Shown here piece after piece: positions 38,858 to 49,104 of a DNA stretch of 64,000 bases. Both the position numbers and the translations under genes were made by a program. Below the pieces are notes generated by a model. The model searched no databases. It saw nothing but the letters and a program-made list of their open reading frames with translations, and was not told the origin of the DNA. How positions within the stretch are numbered: position 1 is the stretch's first letter; the number at the start of each line of letters is the position of its first letter. Origin of the DNA: Bacillales bacterium UBA3789 (GTDB lineage Bacteria; Bacillota_I; Bacilli_A; RF39; UBA660); NCBI GenBank assembly GCA_002369415.1, contig DFEZ01000002.1:185019-249018 (forward strand), written 5' to 3'.

Positions 38858-40087
38858 TTATCTTAATTTTCCTTTTGCACCTTTCATTCCTTTTACACCA
38901 CCATTATTAGCAAATCCTGCTAAAATGTTTGTTTCAAATGAATGTGTTTTACTAACTCTTTTCTTGTAATCTTTAATACCAATATTAATCATTTCATCTA
39001 ATACATTAGTGAAGTCTACTCCTTTAGCATCCCATAAATAGAAAGCTAAACTTCCTGGTATTGAATTAATTTCATTAATATAAACTTTATTTGTTTTATC
39101 ATCAATTAAGAAATCGATTCTTGAGTTACCTGCACTACCTAATACTTTGAATGCAGTATGAGCTATTTCTTCAATTTCTGTTCTTGTTTTTTCTGGTAGG
39201 TCTGCTGGTACTTTTCTATTAGCAGAAGCCATTCCTTTTGATGAAGTTTTAGCTGGAGCTTTTACGGCTCCTTTCATTTTACCTTTTCCTCCACCAATAT
39301 ATTTATCTTGATATGTTAGGAATTTATTTCCTGATAATACTTCTTCTATTTCACTTAATTTTTGATGTTCATAGTTACCCATTACGGCAATATTTACTTC
39401 TTTTAGATTTTCAACTACTTCTTCTACAATAATCTTACTATCATATTGAATAGCTTCATCTATTCCTTCTAATAATGCTGCTTCATTATCAGCAACACTT
39501 ATACCAACACTTGATCCAGTTGTTGCTGGTTTAACTATTAATGGATATTTTAATTTTGAAATTTTCTTTAATACAGCTTCCCTATCTTGTTTGTAATCTA
39601 CATCATAGAACCAAACATAATCTGTCATAGGAAGACCTGCACCTTTCCATACATCTTTCATGAATGCTTTATCTTGCCCTACAACTGCTCCATATACATC
39701 TGGTCCAACGAATGGAATTCCTATTGTTTGAAGATATCCTTGTAATACTCCATCTTCTACATTTGTACCATGTACAATTGGGAATGCTATATCGATTTCT
39801 CTTACAACACTTTTAAATAATCCTTTTTTCTTTTGTAATACGTAACTTCCATTTTTATAATATAGTACTACATTGCTACTATAATTCTTAATTAAGTTTA
39901 AATCTTGATATACGTCAATATCTCTTAACATATCTCCTGTATACCATTCTCTATCTTTTGTAATATAAATTGGTACTATTTCATATTTATCTTCATCCAT
40001 TTTATTCATGGCTTGAATTGCTGAAATAATACTTACTTCGTGTTCTACTGATTCTCCTCCAAAAATTACACCTACTCTAATTCTCAT
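38858..40087 (-). CDS. ddl: D-alanine--D-alanine ligase family protein
   Basis: FGGESVEHEVS, HGTNVEDG, VKPATTGSSVG, YQDKY, RIDF, INEINSIPG. Confidence 0.92.
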   Translation of the reverse strand: MRIRVGVIFGGESVEHEVSIISAIQAMNKMDEDKYEIVPIYITKDREWYTGDMLRDIDVYQDLNLIKNYSSNVVLYYKNGSYVLQKKKGLFKSVVREIDIAFPIVHGTNVEDGVLQGYLQTIGIPFVGPDVYGAVVGQDKAFMKDVWKGAGLPMTDYVWFYDVDYKQDREAVLKKISKLKYPLIVKPATTGSSVGISVADNEAALLEGIDEAIQYDSKIIVEEVVENLKEVNIAVMGNYEHQKLSEIEEVLSGNKFLTYQDKYIGGGKGKMKGAVKAPAKTSSKGMASANRKVPADLPEKTRTEIEEIAHTAFKVLGSAGNSRIDFLIDDKTNKVYINEINSIPGSLAFYLWDAKGVDFTNVLDEMINIGIKDYKKRVSKTHSFETNILAGFANNGGVKGMKGAKGKLR

Positions 40088-40099
40088 AATATCACCTTC

Positions 40100-41719
40100 C
40101 TATTTTTCATTAAAAGTATCTGGTAAATCATTTTCAAATAATGCATATACTTCTTCATCTTTTGCTATTTCACCAATAAATGGATAAGCATCTCTAACAT
40201 CATTAAATACTATTATTTTATCTTTGTCAAAGTCCTTTTCTAATAATCCTTCTTTTATTGGTTTTGTTCTTTTTTCTCCAATTAGAACTACGTAATCAGC
40301 AACTTCTGCTATTTGAGTTCCAAATGTTTTATTATACTCTTCTTCTTTATCTCCTAATTCTATCATTCCAGGAGTTACTACTATCTTAGTTCCTGGCATC
40401 ATACCAAGAATTTTACAAGCATTTTCTGCTCCTACAGGATTTGAATTATATGCATCATCTATCATATAGAAGTTATTTATCTTCTTTAATTCTAATCTAT
40501 GTTCTACTGGTTTAACTGTTTTTACTGCTGCGATTAAATCTTCAGTATCTATTCCAAATTCTTTTCCACAGGCAATTGCGGATAAAATATTATATACGTT
40601 ATGATTTCCTAATAATTTTGTTTCAAAGTGATATTTCTTTTCATCACCTTTAAATATTACATCAAATGTTGTTCCTTTATTAGAATATTTAATATTAGTT
40701 GCTCTTACATCAACATCTTCATTATCAATTCCAATCCATAAGATTTTAATTTTATTTTTTAATTCATAACTTACTTGTAGAGGATCATCTCCATTTAATA
40801 CTCCAAATCCATCACTTGGAAGTGACTCTATAAGTTCAAATTTACCTTTTTGAATATTTTCTTGACTACCAAAACTTTCTAGATGAGCTGTTCCAATTCT
40901 AGTTAAGATACCATATTTTGGTTTAACTAATTTACAAAGTCTTCCTATTTCTCCTCTAACATAAGCACCCATTTCTGCAATAAAGATATCTGTAAATTTA
41001 TCTAAATGATTATTAATTGTCATTAATAAACCATTAAATGTATTTAAATTTCTTGGAGTTGGAAGTGCATTATATTTAATATTTAATATATCACTTAATA
41101 TGTTTTTACAACTTGTTTTACCATAACTACCAGTAATACCTATTATTTTTAAATTACTCATTTTCTTTACTTTACTTTGAGCTTGTATTTTAAATTTCAA
41201 ATATATAAGTTTTTCTACTGGTGTATTTATTAACATTGCAATAAATATTACTATTGGATTTAAATATAACATTACACTTTCTATTATGAACATTAACCAA
41301 CATAATTTACTATTATCAATATTAAGTGCCATTAATATTATTGGAATAATATATAAAATAGAAATTGTAAAAATTAATCTTTTTATTCTTGCTGTTACAA
41401 CTAATTTCTTTTTATTTTGATCATTCATTATAGTCTTATTCCAATTGTATCCAATTAATAAACATATTAATGCCATTACTACTAATAAAAGTATTGATAA
41501 CAATTCATAATCAACTATAAATATATAACCTATTACGGCTATTAATATTATTAATAAATCTAGGCTTAAAAAAACTTTTCCATTTTTAAATAACCATTTT
41601 AAATATCTATTGTTTTCATTGTATAAGTTTTGTTGTAACATGTGTAAAAAACGTTTTGATTTATGCACATTAGCATAAATAAAAGCAATTATCAAAATAA
41701 TATATATAAATAAATTCAT
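40100..41719 (-). CDS. murF: MurF-type Mur ligase with N-terminal membrane domain
   Basis: GITGSYGKTS, AEMGA, IDDAYNSNP, TPGMIELG, ENDLPD; about 5 TM helices in the first 170 aa. Confidence 0.85.
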   Translation of the reverse strand: MNLFIYIILIIAFIYANVHKSKRFLHMLQQNLYNENNRYLKWLFKNGKVFLSLDLLIILIAVIGYIFIVDYELLSILLLVVMALICLLIGYNWNKTIMNDQNKKKLVVTARIKRLIFTISILYIIPIILMALNIDNSKLCWLMFIIESVMLYLNPIVIFIAMLINTPVEKLIYLKFKIQAQSKVKKMSNLKIIGITGSYGKTSCKNILSDILNIKYNALPTPRNLNTFNGLLMTINNHLDKFTDIFIAEMGAYVRGEIGRLCKLVKPKYGILTRIGTAHLESFGSQENIQKGKFELIESLPSDGFGVLNGDDPLQVSYELKNKIKILWIGIDNEDVDVRATNIKYSNKGTTFDVIFKGDEKKYHFETKLLGNHNVYNILSAIACGKEFGIDTEDLIAAVKTVKPVEHRLELKKINNFYMIDDAYNSNPVGAENACKILGMMPGTKIVVTPGMIELGDKEEEYNKTFGTQIAEVADYVVLIGEKRTKPIKEGLLEKDFDKDKIIVFNDVRDAYPFIGEIAKDEEVYALFENDLPDTFNEK

Positions 41720-41728
41720 GTGTTCCTC

Positions 41729-42448
41729 CTAAAAAAAGTTGTTTAATATATTTACTACTTGTGGTAGATTTTCCAAGTATGCATAGTGTGTTCCAGGAAG
41801 AACTATTAATGCTGCATCTACCATTATCTTTTCTAATTCTTTTGCTTCGCTTAATGGAGCCTCATCATCTTGATCACCCCATATAAGTAAAGTTGGTTCT
41901 TCTATTTCTCTTGCATATTTTGATAAATCCTCATTAACGACTTCTACAAGTGTTTGTCTCATAATTGGACTCGCTGCTTTGTAGTCTCTTGATCCAATAT
42001 ATTTTTTCATGTATTCACCGAAATCATTTAATCCAGGTATTTTCTTTAATCCTTTTAATACTTTTACATGAAATGGCAGTTCTTCATTTATACGAATACA
42101 TGGGCTACCAAATAGTACCAATTTTTCTATTGGGTTTCTTGCACCAAATCTAATTGCAAGTCTTCCTCCAAATGAATGTCCTATTACTATAGGTTTTTTT
42201 ATGTTTAATTCTTTTAAAAATTCTTCTAAAAGTAATTCATATTTATCTATTGTCCATGTTTCTTTTGGTTCTTCACTCTCACCAAAACCTGGTAAATCTA
42301 ATATTGTTATTCTAAATCTATCAGAGAAGTTATCTCCTAATGGTTTCATCATTTCAATATTTTGTCCCCATCCATGTAATAGAATAATATCTTTACCAGT
42401 TCCATATTGGATATAATTTACATTTAAATTATTAATATTAATTTTCAT
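41729..42448 (-). CDS. Alpha/beta hydrolase
   Basis: LLHGWG, DLPGFGES, GHSFGG nucleophile elbow, WGDQD, GTHY. Confidence 0.9.
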   Translation of the reverse strand: MKININNLNVNYIQYGTGKDIILLHGWGQNIEMMKPLGDNFSDRFRITILDLPGFGESEEPKETWTIDKYELLLEEFLKELNIKKPIVIGHSFGGRLAIRFGARNPIEKLVLFGSPCIRINEELPFHVKVLKGLKKIPGLNDFGEYMKKYIGSRDYKAASPIMRQTLVEVVNEDLSKYAREIEEPTLLIWGDQDDEAPLSEAKELEKIMVDAALIVLPGTHYAYLENLPQVVNILNNFF

Positions 42449-42571
42449 TAAATCACTCCGACTTAATTATAACACAACTACATTGAAATATTGATAAAAT
42501 AAAGACTTTTGACACTATATTACTTTATTATAAAAAATTATTCCGTAAATTTTTGTAAATAAAAAGAGAGC

Positions 42572-43363
42572 TTATTTTCTCTCTATTGAATATAATTTGT
42601 ATCCATTAACATCTAAATTAAATGTATATAGATAAGTTTTCATCTTTGATGCAGTTTTTGCAAATACTTCATCAACACTTAATACTCCATTTTTTAGATT
42701 TAATGTAATTAGTTTTTCTTTCTTATCTCTTGCTTTATAAATATTGGCTCTTGAATATGTTTTTCCATCTCCTGATAATTCATATTCAACATAGAATACT
42801 TTTCTAGTAACTAATATAGTATCATTTTCTATTGTTGTTGATATATTTCTTGCAATATATGCTGGTGCATATGCACTAGTTGGTGCTGGTATTTTATATG
42901 TATATAATTTAGTTGTTTCATCATAGTTAAAAATATATGATGTTCCTGCAGTTACAGTTCCAGCTTTATATTTGGCATTTGTTCCAAATAAATTATTTAA
43001 GTTACTTTTTACTTTAGATTCAGAAATATATTGTTCTGTATCAGAGCAAATCATATCATCATACATAGCAGCATATAATAATTGACTAGTTTCTAATTCT
43101 GATACTTTTGATAATCTTTTTGGTAACTCATATAAATAACCAAAATAAGTAGAATTAGAATCTCCATAAGCTCTATCTAACTTTTCTATTACAATTCCAG
43201 TTTCAAATAAATCATTTACATCTATTGGAACATCATTAATTACTGTTTTTGCACTTTCTTCATTAAAGTATTGTAAATAAACCTTATCATAGGCAATATA
43301 TCCACCTAATGCTAATACTAATAATACAAGTATTACTATTGTTAAAACTACCTTTTTATTCAT
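42572..43363 (-). CDS. Hypothetical membrane-anchored extracellular protein
   Basis: N-terminal TM followed by LGGYIAYDK; no recognised catalytic motif. Confidence 0.7.
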   Translation of the reverse strand: MNKKVVLTIVILVLLVLALGGYIAYDKVYLQYFNEESAKTVINDVPIDVNDLFETGIVIEKLDRAYGDSNSTYFGYLYELPKRLSKVSELETSQLLYAAMYDDMICSDTEQYISESKVKSNLNNLFGTNAKYKAGTVTAGTSYIFNYDETTKLYTYKIPAPTSAYAPAYIARNISTTIENDTILVTRKVFYVEYELSGDGKTYSRANIYKARDKKEKLITLNLKNGVLSVDEVFAKTASKMKTYLYTFNLDVNGYKLYSIERK

Positions 43364-43465
43364 ATTATCATGCTCCTTATTCTATGATAATTATAGTTCA
43401 CTAAATTAAATTATTCAAGTTTATTTTATTAATAGTTCGTGATATACTCTTTCTAGGAGAGTGAA

Positions 43466-44494
43466 ATGATGAAGATAGGAAAGATTATTGCTGTTATAAT
43501 TATATTTTTATTAATTATTGGATTAACTATATATGGTTTTTCTATTAATAATACAGAAATTAGTAAAGATATCACTTATGTAAAACATACAACTAGAATG
43601 CAAGATGAATTTGATAAATTAGGAGAAAAATATATTGTAATTAACGACATGGAGGATTTCAATAAATATGTAAAGACTAAAAAAATAAAACCTGATTTTA
43701 GTAATTATAAATATGTTTATTTTCAAATTGGATTTGATACTTGTAGTGAAGATAATATTAATCCAACTAGTTATGTAATAAAAAATAGAGAACTAAAGAT
43801 TACTGTAAAATATGAAAGAAGTTGTGGACTATGTCCAATAAGTGATTATCAATATTACCTTTTAAAAATAGATAAAGATCAATATGTTAATGATGTTGTT
43901 TTCGACTATAAAGCAATTAATGATCCTCATTGTGATCCTAATGTTGCTTATAAGCCTATTATTTATTTATATCCAACTAATGAAGAGAATGTTACTGTTA
44001 AATTAGGAAATAGTAATTACTTAACTCATACATATCCTAAGTATAATAATTCTTGGAATGTATATGCTTATCCTGATGGTAAATTAATTGATAATAATAC
44101 TGGTAGAGAATTATATGGATTATACTGGGAAGGAAATAATCATTATAGTAAAGTAACTGATGAAGGATTTGTTGTTAAGGGAGAAGACACTTCTAAATTC
44201 TTAGAAGATAAATTAAGTATTCTTGGATTAACTGAAAGAGAAGCAGATGAATTTATAATATACTGGTTACCTATTTTAGAAGAGAATAATTATAACTATA
44301 TTAGATTTGAAACTATAGATGAAATTAATAGTTATATGCCACTTGATATTAATCCTAAACCAGATTCAGTTATTAGAGTATTAATGGATTATAAACCATT
44401 AAATAAAAAAATAAATGTAAAAGAACAAGTATTAGAAACTCCCGAAAGGAATGGCTTCACTGTTGTTGAATGGGGAGGATCATTAATCAAATAA
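43466..44494 (+). CDS. Secreted/anchored protein with conserved C-terminal KPIIYLYP...EWGG domain of unknown function
   Basis: N-terminal hydrophobic segment; KPIIYLYP, LYWEG, EFIIYWLP, GFTVVEWGG. Confidence 0.7.
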   Translation: MMKIGKIIAVIIIFLLIIGLTIYGFSINNTEISKDITYVKHTTRMQDEFDKLGEKYIVINDMEDFNKYVKTKKIKPDFSNYKYVYFQIGFDTCSEDNINPTSYVIKNRELKITVKYERSCGLCPISDYQYYLLKIDKDQYVNDVVFDYKAINDPHCDPNVAYKPIIYLYPTNEENVTVKLGNSNYLTHTYPKYNNSWNVYAYPDGKLIDNNTGRELYGLYWEGNNHYSKVTDEGFVVKGEDTSKFLEDKLSILGLTEREADEFIIYWLPILEENNYNYIRFETIDEINSYMPLDINPKPDSVIRVLMDYKPLNKKINVKEQVLETPERNGFTVVEWGGSLIK

Positions 44495-44520
44495 AAAAAG
44501 ACCAATTAAATGGTCTTTTT
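44493..44520. terminator. Bidirectional intrinsic terminator
   Basis: AAAAAGACCA...TGGTCTTTTT between convergent genes. Confidence 0.75.
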
Positions 44521-44911
44521 ATTTTACTCTAAATGTTTTAATATCTTCTGAATCAGTTTCAAAAGCAACATACCCTTTTACTGATTCTTCTTTTAGAACA
44601 GTTGTATCTAGTCTTTTACTTGAATATCCTGTAATTGATAATATTGTATCAGATGCCCCTATAGAATTACATGCGATTTCTTTATCATTACTATCATAGA
44701 TACATAATTTCGTTGTATATAGATTTACATCTTCTTTTGAATTATTTGTTATTATTATTTTTACAAGAGCATATGTTTTTCCATCTATTATTACTCCTGT
44801 TTCATTTCCTTCTGTTTCCCATACTAGTTTACTATATGGATTTTCTTCTTTGTTAAAACAACCTGTTATTAATAATGGAATAATTAATAATAAAAGTATT
44901 ATCTTTTTCAT
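44519..44911 (-). CDS. Lipoprotein, DUF4352-like Ig fold
   Basis: MKKIILLLLIIPLLITGC lipobox; V.I.ITNNS and SVKGYVAFE strands; start at 44911. Confidence 0.7.
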   Translation of the reverse strand: MKKIILLLLIIPLLITGCFNKEENPYSKLVWETEGNETGVIIDGKTYALVKIIITNNSKEDVNLYTTKLCIYDSNDKEIACNSIGASDTILSITGYSSKRLDTTVLKEESVKGYVAFETDSEDIKTFRVK

Positions 44912-44927
44912 ATTATCACCAATATTA

Positions 44928-45554
44928 TTATAACTCAGGAATTGTTTTATCTTCAAATAAAACATCTTTTTTTATTTCTGTATTTTTCTTTTTACATAGT
45001 TCAGCATATTTATCATCCCAAGATAATCTATATGAATCTTCATATTTTAAATTTAATAATTTAACATATTTATCAATTATTTCTTCTTGATTAGAATCTT
45101 TTTTGCTTTCTATTTCTAAAGCTATTCCAAATGGATATTCATCTACTGATATTTCTACTTCATCATTAATAAAATTATTTCTATATCTTTCATATGATTC
45201 TACTCTATTCATTTTTAATACATTTTCTACTACGTAAATAAAATTATCAAAGTCTTCTGGATTAATTCTTGTTTCTTTTTCTTCTTCTTTATTTATTTTT
45301 CCTTTACTAGTATCTTTTAATCTTCTTTTCCAACTAAGCATACTTTTATTTACATTATCACCTTTAGTAATTCTTAATCTAAATCTTCCATCTATTTCTT
45401 TACTATAGAAATCATTATTTGGATCAGTTGTATTATATTGAATAGTTTTTTCATAGAATCTTCCACTATATTTTAATTCTTTTATTTCTTTTAATTTATT
45501 TAATATTTCATTTAATTCTTTTTTACTAAAATAAAATCTAATTTCGTATTCCAT
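44928..45554 (-). CDS. CYTH domain protein (triphosphate tunnel metalloenzyme)
   Basis: MEYEIR, RFRLR, YERYR, ISVDEYPFG, LEIE motifs. Confidence 0.82.
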   Translation of the reverse strand: MEYEIRFYFSKKELNEILNKLKEIKELKYSGRFYEKTIQYNTTDPNNDFYSKEIDGRFRLRITKGDNVNKSMLSWKRRLKDTSKGKINKEEEKETRINPEDFDNFIYVVENVLKMNRVESYERYRNNFINDEVEISVDEYPFGIALEIESKKDSNQEEIIDKYVKLLNLKYEDSYRLSWDDKYAELCKKKNTEIKKDVLFEDKTIPEL

Positions 45555-46227
45555 TTTCTCTCCTTTTAATTAATTGTTTTCCTTTAGGTGGATTATAAAT
45601 ATATCCTTCTATATTATTTCTATCTTCTCTATCTATCAATCTTATAGAACAATTACCCATTGTTGGTTCTTCACTATACCACTTTGGTGAATAGTGAAAG
45701 AAATTCATTACTAATGTTTTTATTACTGTTCCATGAGATACAACAAATATGGTATCTTCTTTATCTCTATAAATTGTTTCTAAGAATTGTCTTGTTCTTA
45801 AAGCAACATCAAATGGTGCTTCTCCTTGAGGAAGTCTTGCGTAGAATTTCCCTTCATTTTGATAATAGTTATCATAATGTTGAAATTGATCTGGATATAG
45901 TTTTCTAATTAAATCAATTTCTTTATCACTAAATAATCCATATCTTTGTTCTACTAATGCATAATCTTCTTTTACTCTTGGAATATGTAATTCACCATTT
46001 ATTATTTCTGCAGTTTCTCTTGTTCTTGTATATGGACTTACCCACATTACTGAGTTAGATAAATCTATACCTTCTTCTTCAATATATTGTCTTAGAAACT
46101 CCCCTGCTTCTTGTGCTTCTGCTTTTCCTTTTTCTGTTAGATATACTTTATGATCAGGTAGTCCTATCTCATAATTTTCTTTTGTATTTTGCATTGATTC
46201 TCCATGTCTTATTAAAAACATTTTCAT
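45538..46227 (-). CDS. Histidine phosphatase superfamily protein
   Basis: LIRHGES, SPYTRTRET, LVEQRYG, VSHG; stop overlaps the CYTH start by 17 nt. Confidence 0.9.
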   Translation of the reverse strand: MKMFLIRHGESMQNTKENYEIGLPDHKVYLTEKGKAEAQEAGEFLRQYIEEEGIDLSNSVMWVSPYTRTRETAEIINGELHIPRVKEDYALVEQRYGLFSDKEIDLIRKLYPDQFQHYDNYYQNEGKFYARLPQGEAPFDVALRTRQFLETIYRDKEDTIFVVSHGTVIKTLVMNFFHYSPKWYSEEPTMGNCSIRLIDREDRNNIEGYIYNPPKGKQLIKRRENGIRN

Positions 46228-46312
46228 ATGCATCACCTATAGTTATTATATCAGGTTTTACTTAAATTAAATAATATGTTATAATACACCCTATAAAAAG
46301 TGGGGTGATTAA

Positions 46313-47287
46313 ATGGAAAAGAAGAAGTTAATTTTACCTACACTATCTTTATCAGCTTTATTAATAGCTGGTTCTATTACATATGATGCCCATCATCTTT
46401 TTAATAGATATCCTGCTGACTTTTGTGAAGATAATGTGGACTTTTACAGTGAAGAAATTTTTCCTGATGCAATAGAAGATAATCTTCAATATACATTAAA
46501 TCACTCTAATTTTGTTCCACAAGGATTAAGTGTTTCAGATGATTATTTCTTTATATCAATGTATGACTTTCAACATGAATTTAATTCAATGATTAATGTT
46601 TATGATAAAGAAGGTAATCTTGTTAATAGTTGTGAATTACGTAATAAAGCACATGTTGGTGGTATTTCATATGATAAGGAACATCAACTATTATGGGTTT
46701 CATCTTTTTTAGGACATGTAGATGCTTATAGATTATATGATCTTACTCATAAAGAACAAGTTTATCCTTTATATAAAGATTTATATTTAGGTAGAGATTT
46801 AAGAAGTTATAATAGACCTTTTGAAACTGCTGTTTCATATTTAGCTTATGATGATGGTTCATTATATGTTGGGAATTTTACTTTAAATAATAAAGGTACT
46901 GTTAAAAGATTTAAAGTTGATATTGGTACTGATAGAATTGTTAGACTTAAGGAAGAAGGAAGATTTAAAGTACCTAATTTAGTACAAGGAATATCTTTCT
47001 ATAAAAATGAAGATACTAAATATATGATATTAAGTAGATCTTGTGGTATTGATGTTCCATCTATTATTCAAATATATAAATATGATGATAGTATAGATGA
47101 TTATACTAATCCTCTACTAAACTCGAAAGCATTTTATTTTTCTCCTATGATAGAACAAATATCAACTGATGATGATACTTTATATTCATTATATGAATCA
47201 CAAGCTACTCCATATAGAGATAAGTCTGAAGAAGAAAAGACATTGAGAAAAACTAATATAAATGATTTATTAAATTATATGAAATAA
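46313..47287 (+). CDS. Secreted beta-propeller-like hypothetical protein
   Basis: Signal-like N-terminus; repeated blades VPQGLSV, HVGGISYD, VQGISFY, IEQISTD. Confidence 0.65.
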   Translation: MEKKKLILPTLSLSALLIAGSITYDAHHLFNRYPADFCEDNVDFYSEEIFPDAIEDNLQYTLNHSNFVPQGLSVSDDYFFISMYDFQHEFNSMINVYDKEGNLVNSCELRNKAHVGGISYDKEHQLLWVSSFLGHVDAYRLYDLTHKEQVYPLYKDLYLGRDLRSYNRPFETAVSYLAYDDGSLYVGNFTLNNKGTVKRFKVDIGTDRIVRLKEEGRFKVPNLVQGISFYKNEDTKYMILSRSCGIDVPSIIQIYKYDDSIDDYTNPLLNSKAFYFSPMIEQISTDDDTLYSLYESQATPYRDKSEEEKTLRKTNINDLLNYMK

Positions 47288-47309
47288 AAAACAAGATTTA
47301 ATCTTGTTT

Positions 47310-48977
47310 TTATTTTGGTAATATTAGTTTTGTTATTTCAGGATTATTTGTTAATAATCTTACTCCTCTATTTACATCTATATATCTTGGTCTTATGCCA
47401 CATTCCTTACATAATAATTCTCCAGGCATAATATCCCATGGCTTTTTAGATGAAATAATTAATCCATCAGTTTTACCTGTACATAGATTAGTATAAGAAA
47501 CACAACATGTATTTATATATTCTACGTCAGCAACTTTTAATACATTGCCATCCATAAGTTTCTTTAAACATAATATTTTTGCTTTAGGTGATTTATAAAT
47601 TGATCCACCAAATTCAATTACTGTTTGATTTATTGGAACAATATTTGGAGTAAATAATCTATTATTATTTAGATATGCTCCTATATTTTCACCAGCATAA
47701 TATAATTCATTCTTTTCAGGTAAGTATATTACTGCAAACCTTGTCTTTTTCTTATCATAGAAAGCTAATTGAATACCCCACATACCATCTTTTTTTATGT
47801 AATGGTTTGTTCCATCCATTGGATCTATTACCCATGTTCTATCTTTTAGAGAGTTTCCTGGATAATTTTCTTCTGTAACAAAATGATCTCTTGGATATTT
47901 ATCTTTAATTTTAGATATTAAATATCTTTCTATTGTTAAGTCTGATTCTGTAAGTAATGTTGAATCTGGTTTATTAGCAATCTTGATATTTTGAGAATAT
48001 CTTACTAATTCATATGAATCTTTTACTATTTCTAATGCATAATTTAGTTCTTTACTATAATGGAAATCTTGATTTCTCATATTTCTTATGAATAAATCTA
48101 AATCTTCTTTATAAGGCATTCCTGCTTGAGCAGTCTTCTTCATTAATTTCATTGTAGATGCATACATTGCTTTTCTAAGTGCATGTTGCAAGTCTAATCC
48201 TTCTACTAAGAAAGCTGTTAAGTTACCATTTAATGTATCTCCTGCTCCTGTTGTATCAACAACATCTACTTTAATTGCAGGCATTGCGATTACTTTTTCT
48301 CCATCATAATAAATTAATCCATCTGCTCCTAAAGTTACTATTAATTTATTTGGATATTTTTTAACACACTCTTCTATATCTTCTGTACCAAATATTGTGA
48401 TACATTCTTTTTTGTTACAAGTAATCATAGTAATTTTATCAATTAATTCTAAATTACCTTCATCGGATATTTTTAATTTATCTGGTCTACATGGAGTTAA
48501 TATTAATGTCTTATTATTTTCATAACAGAAGTTTATTAAAGCAATTGTTACTTCTTTTGGGCATTTTAATTGACAAACTATTATTTTAGAACTTAATAAT
48601 ACGTCTCTATTGTTTTCAATCATATCAGGAGTAAAACTATCTATTGCTCCTGTAATTCTTTCCATATTATTATCTTTATCATTTATATCAACATAAATAT
48701 TACATGAGTCATTATTTAATCCATCTACCATTTCAATATGTGATGTATCTACTCCATTTATGTTTAAATTGTCTAATATTCTTTTTCCGATTTCATCTTT
48801 TCCAAGTCTTGAAATCATAGTTACTCTTGCGCCTGCACGTGATGCAGCAACAGCTTGATTAGAACCTTTTCCTCCGGGTGCAATACTATTAGGTACTTTA
48901 TCATAACTACCATCTACATTTTGGAAAAAAGTTTGATCTAGAGAACATCCTCCAAATACACAGATATCATATTTCAT
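47310..48977 (-). CDS. Fusion of PfkB/ribokinase and inositol monophosphatase family domains
   Basis: N-terminal GGKGSNQAVAASRAG and DTTGAGD; C-terminal TESD, TEE, WVIDPMDGT, PWD. Confidence 0.88.
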   Translation of the reverse strand: MKYDICVFGGCSLDQTFFQNVDGSYDKVPNSIAPGGKGSNQAVAASRAGARVTMISRLGKDEIGKRILDNLNINGVDTSHIEMVDGLNNDSCNIYVDINDKDNNMERITGAIDSFTPDMIENNRDVLLSSKIIVCQLKCPKEVTIALINFCYENNKTLILTPCRPDKLKISDEGNLELIDKITMITCNKKECITIFGTEDIEECVKKYPNKLIVTLGADGLIYYDGEKVIAMPAIKVDVVDTTGAGDTLNGNLTAFLVEGLDLQHALRKAMYASTMKLMKKTAQAGMPYKEDLDLFIRNMRNQDFHYSKELNYALEIVKDSYELVRYSQNIKIANKPDSTLLTESDLTIERYLISKIKDKYPRDHFVTEENYPGNSLKDRTWVIDPMDGTNHYIKKDGMWGIQLAFYDKKKTRFAVIYLPEKNELYYAGENIGAYLNNNRLFTPNIVPINQTVIEFGGSIYKSPKAKILCLKKLMDGNVLKVADVEYINTCCVSYTNLCTGKTDGLIISSKKPWDIMPGELLCKECGIRPRYIDVNRGVRLLTNNPEITKLILPK

Positions 48978-49104
48978 AAATATCCTCCTATTATCATGTT
49001 CATTTTATATTATATATCTAAAAAATAATAGTTGTAAACTATTATAATATCGCTATAAATTTTCTAAGATGTTGTGATAAAATAATAACAAGAGGTACAA
49101 TGAA

